Shown piece by piece: positions 19,406-28,604 of a stretch of 54,538 nucleotides of DNA. The DNA comes from an uncultured bacterium (GTDB lineage: Bacteria; Babelota; Babeliae; Babelales; CAIQNR01). The notes beneath the pieces are model-generated. The model saw only the letters and a list, made by a program, of their open reading frames with translations. It searched no databases and was not told where the DNA came from. The DNA lies in the NCBI GenBank assembly GCA_903873255.1, contig CAIQNR010000031.1:1-54538 (forward strand), in the 5' to 3' direction. A program made the translations under genes and the position numbers. Every line of letters starts with the position of its first letter. The stretch's first letter is position 1.

Positions 19406-20431
19406 ATGAAAAAAACTACCATCATTTTCTTGGTCATTTTAAGCTCCATAAACACCATATTTGCAAGCAACAAACAACATGCAAGTGCCATCCCACAAGA
19501 AACTGAAAGTGATACAAAAAATATTGTTATTACCAATCAAAAAGGTGGCAATATGACCATTAACCTTTCACAAACAGTAATACATAGTAATTCCTCTTCT
19601 TCTAGCAGCCCCATTACAGAGAATAAAACACAATTAGATATTAAAGGCGGAGACACAAAAGTAGATACCGACACAAAAGTAAAAGCTGAATCTGATCTTG
19701 CAAATACACTTGATACAAAAAATGAAATCGATAGCACAAATCAAACAGCTACAAGTAATGTATCCGCCTTGGACAATACAATAGAAGCAACTAATACAAC
19801 AGAAACTACAAATCAAACCGCCGCAGAAAATAAATCAGAAAATAAAACGGATAATACAACTGAATATCAACCAACCCATACACAAGAACAAGAACATATA
19901 CTTACAAATACCAACACTCAAAAACTGCGTACTACCTTCCAAAAACAATCTACCTATCAAAAACAAGCAATCTTAAAAACCTATATTTTCCCAATTGCAA
20001 TCTGCTGCGCTGCCTCTTACAGTATCTGTTTAGCAACAACTTATCGTATGAAAAAGCTCATAGAAAACAAAGATGCATGGTGTAATTGGAAATATGATGC
20101 AATTTTATATGATTCAAAAAAAATGGTCATGCAAGAATTAATCGAAGCGATTGAAACAAAAAATATTAATCCTGCACGGCCTACCGATCATATTTCTCCT
20201 ATGATGCAATTTTTGAAAGAGATCGACCATGAACAAGCAATTATTCGTCATTATCTTTTTACTATGAAGATTGCATATGCTATCTATATGAACAAAATCC
20301 TTCCAGGAAATGATATGAGAGAACTTGCCAAACAAAAAATGGACCGCCTTGATGTACTCAAAAAACTTTTTTTTGATTGGGCACAATCGCAGCGGTCTCG
20401 TAAAATTAGTCAGTTAGTAGGAGCGCATTAA
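19406..20431 (+). CDS. Secreted Thr/Asn-rich protein with internal TM and helical C-terminal domain
   Basis: Signal peptide ending IFA; T/N/E-rich low-complexity region; hydrophobic IFPIAICCAASYSICL. Confidence 0.75.
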   Translation: MKKTTIIFLVILSSINTIFASNKQHASAIPQETESDTKNIVITNQKGGNMTINLSQTVIHSNSSSSSSPITENKTQLDIKGGDTKVDTDTKVKAESDLANTLDTKNEIDSTNQTATSNVSALDNTIEATNTTETTNQTAAENKSENKTDNTTEYQPTHTQEQEHILTNTNTQKLRTTFQKQSTYQKQAILKTYIFPIAICCAASYSICLATTYRMKKLIENKDAWCNWKYDAILYDSKKMVMQELIEAIETKNINPARPTDHISPMMQFLKEIDHEQAIIRHYLFTMKIAYAIYMNKILPGNDMRELAKQKMDRLDVLKKLFFDWAQSQRSRKISQLVGAH

Positions 20432-22074
20432 TCGCGTGCGCCACCAAACCCTAGCTTAGATATAAAGTACTTAATATCATCGTCGGCAAATCTTATACCC
20501 ATACCATAAAAGACGTTACCATTATGTTTACTGACAAAGTCGTCGGCACCACAGTTAACATAGAAGTTACGCAGCAAGAATACTCTGTTAATCCACTTGA
20601 GATGGGGTCTTGCATCATCAATACGATCACGACCACGCATATCAAAAGCTTCAAGTGTTGTTACCCAACGGAATGTGTCTGTTCCAAGTGGCAATTCGTA
20701 ATCAACCCCGAATCCAAAAGTGTTTTCAAAAAGACCGGCTCTAAACGCTACATCATTATATGCTTTACCAAATTGGAAACCATATTTTAGAGAGTCACGT
20801 TCTTGAACAATTTCCACAATGTCAGGAGATTGAAACAATTTAAAATCATCACTAATATTCATATTATTCTGATTATAAAGGTTTCCATTTTGATCATAAA
20901 ACTCTCTGCGTGTTTGTTTACGTTTAATTTTACCTTTTGTTGATCCTACAAATTGTACAACATAAAAACGATCTTCTGCAGGATGAATGCGCATATCTAC
21001 ATATCCCTTAGAATCTTTATGGTCAAAATGTTCGGCAGGACGATACATAGCTTCAAAGTGAGTGTCACATACTATGCCAAGACTTTCTACACGTGAGAAG
21101 TAATTTTTGAGCCCTTGCACGGCAACTTTAAGGTCTTGATAGGTTTCATCTTCATTGATTAATTTACCAACCAACCCTTTTCCTTCATTTATCTTGTCAG
21201 CTACAGCACCGATACTTCTAAATCCATCACGTGTTTGCAGCGCCGCTTCTTCTATTGCTGTTGCAGTACTTTCTATCTTGCCCGTTACTTTATCAAAATC
21301 ACGGTCAAATGCTTTTGCAATCTTTTCTATATTGCGCTGCACCGATGGTAAAACATCTACTTCAACTTGTTGTGCTATACGATGAATATCATCTTGAATC
21401 ATTGGATATCCAGAGCGCAGATCTTGTGCAAAGGTACGCAGATCAGCAATCAATGCATTAACATCGTTTTCATTTTTACCTACAATGCGATCGAGACCTT
21501 CTGAAAATGATGCAATTTTTTCTGACGCTGTATGAAATTTATCAACCATGTCTTTAAGTTGACCTCGTTGATTAACCCCAACTACTGCATCTTTAAGCGA
21601 TGAGGTAATTTCTTCTACATTGTCGGCAACTGAACTAAATTTTTGAATTAAGGAATCAACTGATGCAGGAGATTTACCAGGATTACCCAGCGCTTGGCCC
21701 TTTGGCAGCACGGGAAGAAGTGGATCTCCGGGATTGATTTCTAAAAACTTAACGCCCAACAAACCATCTTGTCTGACAAGAGCGGTTGCATCTGAACGGA
21801 GAGAATATCGTTTATCAATTAAAATTGTCGCTTTTGCTTGGAACTGTGCATTCCCTTGAATGAGCGATATGTCATCAACCCAACCAACTTTAACACCAGC
21901 AATTTTTACATCTGCCTTGCGAGCAAGCCCTGAAACGTCCTGAAAATAAATCGCATGCGATTTATAATTTCCTGTATCTACTCTAAATGCACCAATCTGA
22001 AAGGTCATATACAAGAAGACACTCAAAGCACCAAGGACAAATATACCAACTTTTGTTTCTGTACTGATCCGCAT
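20428..22074 (-). CDS. mlaD: Long MCE/MlaD protein with helical stalk and C-terminal beta-barrel-like domain
   Basis: ETKVGIFV TM, GL...ADVKIAGVKVGWV, GLLGVKFLEINPG MCE motifs; long coiled coil; amphipathic beta-strands ending FYGMGIRFADDDIKYF. Confidence 0.88.
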   Translation of the reverse strand: MRISTETKVGIFVLGALSVFLYMTFQIGAFRVDTGNYKSHAIYFQDVSGLARKADVKIAGVKVGWVDDISLIQGNAQFQAKATILIDKRYSLRSDATALVRQDGLLGVKFLEINPGDPLLPVLPKGQALGNPGKSPASVDSLIQKFSSVADNVEEITSSLKDAVVGVNQRGQLKDMVDKFHTASEKIASFSEGLDRIVGKNENDVNALIADLRTFAQDLRSGYPMIQDDIHRIAQQVEVDVLPSVQRNIEKIAKAFDRDFDKVTGKIESTATAIEEAALQTRDGFRSIGAVADKINEGKGLVGKLINEDETYQDLKVAVQGLKNYFSRVESLGIVCDTHFEAMYRPAEHFDHKDSKGYVDMRIHPAEDRFYVVQFVGSTKGKIKRKQTRREFYDQNGNLYNQNNMNISDDFKLFQSPDIVEIVQERDSLKYGFQFGKAYNDVAFRAGLFENTFGFGVDYELPLGTDTFRWVTTLEAFDMRGRDRIDDARPHLKWINRVFLLRNFYVNCGADDFVSKHNGNVFYGMGIRFADDDIKYFISKLGFGGARD

Positions 22075-22085
22075 TGTTTCCTTTT

Positions 22086-23213
22086 CTAGAGCCAATATAT
22101 TTTTTTAACCATCACCACATCTCCCTTATCTTCTGTACTTCGCTCAAGAATTGCAAGGAGTTTTTGTTCAATTCTGCCAACCTTTCCATAACATACCACA
22201 GAAAATACTCGAGGCTCAAATTTTGTGCTCAAAAATGGAACTATCTCTTTAGGTAATGCTTTGTATTCTTTACCATATAATTCTTTCAGAGAGGTATCCC
22301 AAGTGGTATCCCACGCAACATCTGTTAAAGAAATTTTCTCAAGCATCATATCAATATCTTCTTTTTTTAACTTTTTATCACTTTTAAAACCAAGCAATAC
22401 CTGCATTGAAGGGCTTAACAACCAAGGATCAATATGAAAATCATCTGCATAAGTTGTAAAAATATCTGCCAAATAAATTTTTGAACTTTGAGTTGTATCA
22501 TCAAATTTTTCTTGTTTTTTACCTTCGGATGGTACATAAAAAACGGTATCTGCAAAGAATGAAAACTTCTTATGCGAGAGCAGATCCATAGGTGTAGAAA
22601 AAGGCTGTTTTTGTTTTTTAAGAATATCGATCAAAATAATTTGCACATCAATATTTTTATAAAATTCTTTGATCCGATCTGTCATCATTTTAATCATTAA
22701 TTCTGTTGTGTCTTTTGAATCGATTGAGTAAAAAGCCTTTTGAGAGATATTATACAGCGCATTAAGATTAATCTTTCCCGATTCACACGTAATACAAATT
22801 TTTATTTTTCCATCAATTCCATCTTTTGGTGTTGTTAAATTAAATTCTTGCCATTGATTTTGCACAAGTAACAATGTTTTAAGTAAATCTTTTTTATTTT
22901 TTTCTGGATTATCTTTTAATTTTTCAGTATCAGACTTTTTTTCAGATGCATCTTTTGGATCTTTTGTATCTTTACCAGCCTCTTTAGAGGAATCTTTTGA
23001 ACCGTAAAATTGTTTATCTTGCGAAAGTAATTGTGCTGTTGCAATAGAAATACCAGAAAGCGCCAGTTGCTTTGCTTTTTCTCGTTCAAATGTTAATGGC
23101 ACATACAAATTGTAGGCACCACCGATATAAAAAATTTGAGTTACAATAATAGTCATAACTGCAAGAACACTAATTGTTAAAAAGAGGATATACCCACGTT
23201 GCATATGCTTCAT
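22086..23213 (-). CDS. gspK: Type II secretion minor pseudopilin GspK-like
   Basis: RG^YILFL prepilin-like start lacking E5, AKQLALSGI, I.CESGKINLN; last pseudopilin of the operon. Confidence 0.78.
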   Translation of the reverse strand: MKHMQRGYILFLTISVLAVMTIIVTQIFYIGGAYNLYVPLTFEREKAKQLALSGISIATAQLLSQDKQFYGSKDSSKEAGKDTKDPKDASEKKSDTEKLKDNPEKNKKDLLKTLLLVQNQWQEFNLTTPKDGIDGKIKICITCESGKINLNALYNISQKAFYSIDSKDTTELMIKMMTDRIKEFYKNIDVQIILIDILKKQKQPFSTPMDLLSHKKFSFFADTVFYVPSEGKKQEKFDDTTQSSKIYLADIFTTYADDFHIDPWLLSPSMQVLLGFKSDKKLKKEDIDMMLEKISLTDVAWDTTWDTSLKELYGKEYKALPKEIVPFLSTKFEPRVFSVVCYGKVGRIEQKLLAILERSTEDKGDVVMVKKIYWL

Positions 23214-24286
23214 TTTGGTTTTCCTCCAGCATCTTTAAGCAACTTTTGATGATCTTCAAAGGCAAGTTTTGAGCCTTTTCGTTCCGCTTCTTTTGGAAGT
23301 CCTGTAGATTTTTCACTCGTTCCTTTTTCTATGTCATATTGTGGCGCATACCAATAATCATACGTGTGTACTTTTTTTACATCATCAAAAATCGTCAAAG
23401 TTATATGAATAAATAAAGGAAGCTCAGGTCGCTTAGGTTCTTCTTTTTTAACTTCTACTTCTTTTGCATCTTTTTTATCACTCTTTTTCTCATCTGTTTT
23501 TATATCTTCTTTTTTTTCTTCTTTCCAATCCTTAAGAACTTCAAGCATTCTTACCTTCTTAGGTTCTTCTTTTTTTGCATCTTTAGAATCTTTTTTTTCA
23601 GGTTGTGCAGGCTCTTCTTTTTTATCTTTATTTTGATCCTTAGGTTTTTCTGCCTGCTTTTCTAACAAAAATTCAAGCTTCATGCTCTTAATACCACCAA
23701 GTATTTGATACCCACGAATTCCATTATGAGAACCTGGGATAAATCTTTTAGGATCAAGTTTTTCTGATTGCTGATGCGTTAATAAAAATTCACCAGAATT
23801 TTCTTTATCTGGCTCAAGACGATACATAATACGAGACATTCTAACTTGTGGCTCGCCATACATGGTTGTTGCATTGGCAGTTATAAAAGTGAACATTTTA
23901 AGATTGCCAATTTCATCTGTTTCATACACAAAAGATTGTGGTACTTTTTCGTCTTTTTTTTCATCTTTTTTGTCAGTATTATTGACATCTTTTTTTGAAT
24001 CTTTTTCATCCTTTTTTTCTTCAGGAGATTCTTTTGCTCCGCCCTCTTCATCTTGATTTTGCAATTTTTCATCCCACACAACTGTAGGAATAAAAATACC
24101 AGAAATTTCGCGATCCCATACTTGTTGAATAATAGTCATTTTACGTTCAAGACCCGAAAAAGTGACCACGCGCTGAAATACAGTATTGCTTTGAGAAAGA
24201 GACTGAAAAAGTATTGTGCTCAGACCCACACTTATGACCATTGCGATCATAACTTCTATAAGAGAAAAACCTTTAACGAGCTTCAC
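23210..24286 (-). CDS. gspJ: Type II secretion minor pseudopilin GspJ-like with K/E/D-rich insertions
   Basis: KG^FSLIEVMIAM cleavage/methylation motif, RIMYRL, ELPLFIHITL; GTG start at 24286 with GGAG RBS. Confidence 0.72.
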   Translation of the reverse strand: MKLVKGFSLIEVMIAMVISVGLSTILFQSLSQSNTVFQRVVTFSGLERKMTIIQQVWDREISGIFIPTVVWDEKLQNQDEEGGAKESPEEKKDEKDSKKDVNNTDKKDEKKDEKVPQSFVYETDEIGNLKMFTFITANATTMYGEPQVRMSRIMYRLEPDKENSGEFLLTHQQSEKLDPKRFIPGSHNGIRGYQILGGIKSMKLEFLLEKQAEKPKDQNKDKKEEPAQPEKKDSKDAKKEEPKKVRMLEVLKDWKEEKKEDIKTDEKKSDKKDAKEVEVKKEEPKRPELPLFIHITLTIFDDVKKVHTYDYWYAPQYDIEKGTSEKSTGLPKEAERKGSKLAFEDHQKLLKDAGGKPK

Positions 24287-24719
24287 TTTTTTTCTCCTGC
24301 ATCTCAAAACCATAATGATAAAGATCTGCTATTCGCTTCTTATCAGCTTCAAACCACTCAGCAGTCACCCGTTCTTGATACAATCCCTCAAAACGAGAAA
24401 GTGCCGAATCAGATGGAATTGGCAACTGTTCATACACTACTTTTGTCTCTGGATCTGTAAATGTTTTTTCTATTTTTTTTGATTCTTTTTGATTTACTGC
24501 CAGCTGAGATGAGCTATTTTCTAAATTAATTTTTGGCAGCAATAGCATATTTTTTAAATAATAAAGTCGTTGAATCTTAAATGTATTAAATATAACGCGC
24601 CGAAAAACCTTCTGCTGTAACACTGCAAATGACCCAATCGACACTGCAATAATGGTAAGCGCTATAACTGTTTCTATCAAGGAAAAACCATTACGAAAGT
24701 GGTTTTTGAAATGTATCAT
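24273..24719 (-). CDS. gspI: Minor pseudopilin GspI-like
   Basis: NG^FSLIETVIAL motif, size and position in the operon. Confidence 0.68.
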   Translation of the reverse strand: MIHFKNHFRNGFSLIETVIALTIIAVSIGSFAVLQQKVFRRVIFNTFKIQRLYYLKNMLLLPKINLENSSSQLAVNQKESKKIEKTFTDPETKVVYEQLPIPSDSALSRFEGLYQERVTAEWFEADKKRIADLYHYGFEMQEKKSEAR

Positions 24720-25287
24720 ACATCACACACTGAGCAGTAAAAGGATTAAGAACAATACTTATCTGTTTTGCATCTTTTTCTGATTGATTTTCCGGTTGAT
24801 CAACTATATTGATAATAACTTCTTGCGTGGTCCCATCAGGCATCATAAAAAACCATATGTTTTCTGTCTTACGCGAAAGACCGCCAGCTGCAATTTCATC
24901 AACCCCCTGAACATACAGTTGTTGAATCTCAAACGTTTCGGGCCACGTGTAAGAGTTAGAAGCAAAATGTAATGCTACCGGAGCAAAGATTGGTTTTTTT
25001 TCTGCATCCAATGTATCGGTCTGCTGACTTACTTCTATTTTTCTGTGTTCCAAATCAAAAGTTATTTTATGAAGAATATTATTTTCAAGCCCGCGCAGCC
25101 AAACTTCACTCATAACAGTATTGAGTTCAGAAGCAAAAGCTTTGCGCTCCTGAACCACTCGACGGCCAAGCAGATTGGGTACTGTAATGGCCATGAGCAA
25201 GCCCACAAGCGCAAGAGCTATAATAATTTCTATAAGACTAAAGCCTGGTTTATTCCCAGACTGTGAGACGTTCTTCTTCAGGGGCAT
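24691..25287 (-). CDS. gspH: Minor pseudopilin GspH-like
   Basis: PG^FSLIEIIIAL motif, FMMPDG; start placed at the ATG at 25287 (GGGAG RBS). Confidence 0.72.
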   Translation of the reverse strand: MPLKKNVSQSGNKPGFSLIEIIIALALVGLLMAITVPNLLGRRVVQERKAFASELNTVMSEVWLRGLENNILHKITFDLEHRKIEVSQQTDTLDAEKKPIFAPVALHFASNSYTWPETFEIQQLYVQGVDEIAAGGLSRKTENIWFFMMPDGTTQEVIINIVDQPENQSEKDAKQISIVLNPFTAQCVMYDTFQKPLS

Positions 25288-25669
25288 CTTCTCCCTTTGG
25301 TCCAAAAGAATATAATTCGTAAGGATGTTCGCCCTGTGCAGTTCTTTCGTATTGGAAATCATTGTTCCAATTATCAACTTTTATTTTATCCATGTAAGGG
25401 CCTGCCCACTTAGCACCAATACGTTCATCGCTTGGCTTTTCTGCAAGATCATTAAGTTCTGTTGGATAGCTACCTGTATCAGCATAGAAAATATCAATCG
25501 ATTGCTTAAAACCTTTTAAATCAGATTTTGTTGAACTAATTCTTTGTTTATCAAGAACCCCAGTCAAATTAACAACTGCTACACCCGCTACAATCGCCAT
25601 AATTGCAACTGCTATAATAATTTCTATTAAACTGAATCCAGAGCGGAGCGATCTTTGTAGTACCTTCAT
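25250..25669 (-). CDS. gspG: Type II secretion major pseudopilin GspG
   Basis: SG^FSLIEIII, FYADTGSYP, WAGPYM, DNWNNDFQY, LYSFGPKG (T2SSG domain). Confidence 0.9.
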   Translation of the reverse strand: MKVLQRSLRSGFSLIEIIIAVAIMAIVAGVAVVNLTGVLDKQRISSTKSDLKGFKQSIDIFYADTGSYPTELNDLAEKPSDERIGAKWAGPYMDKIKVDNWNNDFQYERTAQGEHPYELYSFGPKGEDAPEEERLTVWE

Positions 25670-25688
25670 AAAAACCTTTCATCATATA

Positions 25689-26903
25689 TTAGTGAACCAT
25701 ACTGCTCATCTTCATAATTGGCATGGTGATACCCATAATAACAAATCCAACTATCAATGCTGTTACTAATGTCATCATAGGATTTAGCAATGCTGCTAGT
25801 CCATCAGCAAATTCAGTTAATTCTTTTTCATACGTATCGCCTACACCAATAAGCATCATATCTAATTTTCCCGTTTCTTCACCAGTGCTAATTAAATAGG
25901 TTGCCATTGGAGGAAAAATGCCAGTTTGCTTAAGATACTGTGCTATTTTACCTTGTTTTATAATTTTTTCTCGTGCTTCTTTTAAAGATTCTTTCAAAAC
26001 TCTGTTGTCAACAATGTTACAAACAATGTCGAGCGCCTCTGATAAGTTAACGCCACCTTCTAGCAGCATGCCCAATGTTTTTGAAAATTGAACAATTGCA
26101 CCAATCTTTGTAAATGTACTTATAACTGGCATTTTTAATTTAAAGCGATCAAAATTAAGAGCGCCACTTTTAGTTGATTTCCAATACAAAAATGCCATCA
26201 CAACACTCACAATCGATCCAATCAGCACCACATAATGATTCAAAATAATACCTGACATCGCAACTAAAAGTACTGTTGCAAAAGGCAAATCGCCACCTTG
26301 TTGTTCAAAAATACCCATTAACTTAGGAACTATGGTTGTCATAAGACCAATAACAACCAAAAAGATAAGGCCCAATTGTATCAATGGCATACGAATAGCA
26401 TCTGTAATTTTTCCGCTTAATTCTTCGCTTCGTTCAAGATACTGAGTTAAACGATCAAGAATAACTTCTAATTTCCCGCTCGCTTCCCCTGCACGAATTA
26501 GTTGGATATATAAATTTTCAAAATCATGGGGATAACTGCTCATACCATCTGCCAAACCTTGTCCCTCTTTAAGGCCATCTTTAAGAGACACAATAATGCG
26601 ATGCATACGCCCTGTAAATTGCTCAATCAAAAGTTCAATAGCAGGAAGTAATGGGATACCTGATTTTAAAAGCACGGAAAGCTGTTTCGTGAATAATATT
26701 TTCTCTTTGAGTGTGATTGAACTAGAAAAAAGGCGTTCTAAGAAACTTTCCGACTGTATCGCTTTGTGTGCGGCAACAATAGAATATGCTAAAAGACCTT
26801 TACGCTGCAACAACTCGCGCGCTGAACCTTCAGAAGGTGCATCAAGAGAGCCTGTTACTTTTTTGCCGTCACGAGAAAATGCTTGGTATACAAACAAAGC
26901 CAT
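25689..26903 (-). CDS. gspF: Type II secretion inner-membrane platform protein GspF/PilC
   Basis: FTKQLSVLLKSGIPL, AGEASGKL, GEETGKLD duplicated T2SSF domains. Confidence 0.93.
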   Translation of the reverse strand: MALFVYQAFSRDGKKVTGSLDAPSEGSARELLQRKGLLAYSIVAAHKAIQSESFLERLFSSSITLKEKILFTKQLSVLLKSGIPLLPAIELLIEQFTGRMHRIIVSLKDGLKEGQGLADGMSSYPHDFENLYIQLIRAGEASGKLEVILDRLTQYLERSEELSGKITDAIRMPLIQLGLIFLVVIGLMTTIVPKLMGIFEQQGGDLPFATVLLVAMSGIILNHYVVLIGSIVSVVMAFLYWKSTKSGALNFDRFKLKMPVISTFTKIGAIVQFSKTLGMLLEGGVNLSEALDIVCNIVDNRVLKESLKEAREKIIKQGKIAQYLKQTGIFPPMATYLISTGEETGKLDMMLIGVGDTYEKELTEFADGLAALLNPMMTLVTALIVGFVIMGITMPIMKMSSMVH

Positions 26904-27017
26904 TATTTCACCTTTTTACATCTACCATGTTACATATGCATATGAATTATTAGTCATAAAACAAAAGCGTACACTAATCAATGATTCATAAAAAAACGGC
27001 TTTGTATTCTTATTTTT

Positions 27018-27953
27018 TTATTGTGCACTATCAGATAAAAACTCAGTGTAATACTGAATTTTTGGTGCGCCTAAATGTTGTTCTAAAACATCTTGCCACA
27101 AATTCCAGTGCCATCCACCAAAAGCAATTATTACCGTATTGTGTGTTTTAAGAGATTCAAAAAGAGTTGTTAATGCATGTTGATCACGAACATAAATATG
27201 TTCAAAAAACATCATATCCCCTTTTTTGAAATTAAAAAATTCAAGAATGCCTTCAAAGGGCATTTCTGCTTTTAAATCTAAATTTTTCTTAATTTTACTC
27301 TTAATAACATAATCATACGCAGACTTTGTAAACGTTGGATATCCTAAAAATTGGGATCCTAAATAAACACCAAAACCAAAAATATCTTCTTCTGAATAGC
27401 CCTTGTTTCTCAAAAACTGCATAGTCTCGTCATACGGCAAATCGGCACAAGCAAATGAAATGCCTCGCTTATCTGCTTCATAACAAAATAAACCCATTTC
27501 TGTAGTTGCATGAGGTTTAAAATACCCAATTATCTTATCCCACCAACTTGGCTCATATACTTTTTTTGTATGATTAACATTACTCTCATTAATGTTAATT
27601 TCTTTACCAAAAACGATTCGATTTCCAAAAGATGTTGATTCATACAAAACCTGTGCATCTTGAGGCAAAGAAGCCATAAGTTTATGTATCATTTTGAAAG
27701 GAATACCATCTTTATAAGAACTATGAAGCGACCCAAAAACAATAACTTGTTTACCTTTAAATTCACCTTTAGTTGGCTCATACGTAGCTACAAAAGCACC
27801 TCTTTGTAGCAAATCTGTATTTGCTATCTGAAATTCACTCACTTGAGTAATTTTGCGTAATTTTGAAATATCCACTTGCTTCCCTTCTGATGCATGCGCC
27901 GAAAGCAACATGGTCAATACTAAAAAACCTGAAATAACTATTCTACGAATCAT
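27018..27953 (-). CDS. Secreted protein, possible TraB/GumN/Tiki-like metalloenzyme fold
   Basis: Signal peptide ending AHA; motifs VFGSLH, VLYE, RDQH, IAFGGWH in the expected order. Confidence 0.55.
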   Translation of the reverse strand: MIRRIVISGFLVLTMLLSAHASEGKQVDISKLRKITQVSEFQIANTDLLQRGAFVATYEPTKGEFKGKQVIVFGSLHSSYKDGIPFKMIHKLMASLPQDAQVLYESTSFGNRIVFGKEININESNVNHTKKVYEPSWWDKIIGYFKPHATTEMGLFCYEADKRGISFACADLPYDETMQFLRNKGYSEEDIFGFGVYLGSQFLGYPTFTKSAYDYVIKSKIKKNLDLKAEMPFEGILEFFNFKKGDMMFFEHIYVRDQHALTTLFESLKTHNTVIIAFGGWHWNLWQDVLEQHLGAPKIQYYTEFLSDSAQ

Positions 27954-28053
27954 GCTTTTAAAACCCCATGTATATCTGGAAAAATTTCCATTTGATAAGC
28001 ATTAGAATAGCAGAAGGGCCCATTTAATCAATTAAGGCAATGAATATATGCCG

Positions 28054-28426
28054 CTATCTATAAAACATAGAATGCAGGACTAAGGCATGATTTAATGATA
28101 CTTTCATAAAATAATTAGTGATATAAAGACCCGCTACAGGAATAGAACTCATAGCTGCATAATAGGCCAGAAGGGCTTTTACAGGATGGCTAGATATTTT
28201 TTTGAATTGATCAAATTGCTCTTTTAAAATCTTTTTTTATCCGCATTACTGTGCTTAAGAAAAGCATATGTAGCCACAGCAACTTCAAAAGCATCGTATG
28301 CTAAAGACATATAACCCATAGAACTCATACCATAAATAGTAGCTTTCAATACTGGTGCAACATACCAACCATGCACTGTCATAGATGAAATACCCAAAGA
28401 AAATATCAATATATATACTTTTTCAT
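28054..28426 (-). pseudogene. Doubly frameshifted secreted/membrane protein gene (about 124 aa if repaired)
   Basis: GGAGA RBS plus ATG at 28426; a frameshift in a TA repeat (28410-28417) and one in an A7 run (28232-28238) join three open segments into MKKYILIFSLGISSMTVHGW...SMFYR*. Confidence 0.7.
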
Positions 28427-28523
28427 ACTATCTCCTATCGCAATAAAAATCATAATTGAAATAATCATATAAAAAAATAATATACGATTACAACAATTTG
28501 AGAATCTGTAAAAAAATAGATAT

Positions 28524-28552
28524 TTGCTTCATAAAAAATATCTTACTAGAAT
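28524..28552 (+). promoter_or_regulatory. Sigma70 promoter
   Basis: TTGCTT-17bp-TAGAAT upstream of the ORF at 28605. Confidence 0.55.
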
Positions 28553-28604
28553 AACAAATTATGCCTTATCTAACCCCTAGTAATTATTATTAAAGGAGTT
28601 TGTT

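Noticed and set aside
25288-25377. Long N-terminus of GspH (similarly GspJ 24287-24313)
   Set aside because: Lies inside the upstream gene; RBS-supported starts at 25287 and 24286 give normal prepilin leaders.
22086-26903. Type IV pilus or competence operon
   Set aside because: GspG-specific C-terminal motifs and a GspK-like gene favour T2SS, although a DNA-uptake role cannot be excluded.
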